20,000 bases of DNA from Hydrurus foetidus. Lineage: Eukaryota. The position numbers and the translations under genes are program-made. The notes below the pieces were generated by a model. That model made no database searches, was not told where the DNA came from, and saw only the letters and a program-made list of their open reading frames with translations. This document shows, in pieces, positions 19,890 to 20,000 of this stretch. The stretch covers positions 55,899 to 75,898 of the forward strand of contig UYFQ01000853.1 in NCBI GenBank assembly GCA_900617105.1. Direction: 5' to 3'. The stretch's first letter is position 1. Each line of letters starts with the position of its first letter.

Positions 19890-20000
19890 GGTCGGTCGAT
19901 CGGTCAGCCAGTAAGTCAGTTAGCAGGTCGGTCGGTCAGTCGGTCGGTCGGCCAGTAAATCAGTCAGCAGGTCGGTCGGTCGGTCGGTCGGTCGGTCGGT
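19890..20000. repeat. (GGTC)n / (AGTC)n tetranucleotide microsatellite
   Basis: Direct reading; runs off the window end. Confidence 0.92.

Larger units (their letters stand above)
17661..20000 (+). mobile_element. PIF/Harbinger DNA transposon, left part (right end not seen in the window)
   Basis: GGGTGCGTTCGG at 17661 resembles PIF/Tourist TIR starts (GGGCCCGTTTG-type) and lies upstream of a Harbinger transposase. The boundary is inferred without seeing the partner TIR. Confidence 0.55.

Overview
Eukaryotic genomic window with short GT-AG introns. The first ~2.5 kb holds two spliced minus-strand housekeeping genes: the 5' part of SNW1/SKIP and a complete NIT1-like nitrilase. The rest is a nested stack of transposable elements. 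It contains a 740-bp foldback/MITE with 350-bp inverted arms and a ~2.9-kb defective Mutator-like (MULE) element. Two young, full-length Ty3/gypsy chromoviruses are inserted in the MULE: one has an intact 1624-aa gag-pol, and the other has identical LTRs but single-base frameshifts, mostly in homopolymer runs. Further right lies the left part of a PIF/Harbinger element with a frameshifted transposase, which carries a ~600-bp non-coding LTR element. The most striking observation is that none of the three LTR elements has a tRNA-type (TGG...) primer-binding site. Each has a perfect 12-bp palindrome in the same register, overlapping the LTR terminus by one base (AATATCGATATT twice; AGTAGATCTACT in the sequence-unrelated element). 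This hints at an unusual tRNA-independent priming or dimerisation mechanism. The two chromoviruses also share a conserved multi-hairpin structure with a cUACGg tetraloop in the 3' UTR. All alignments and translations were done by eye.
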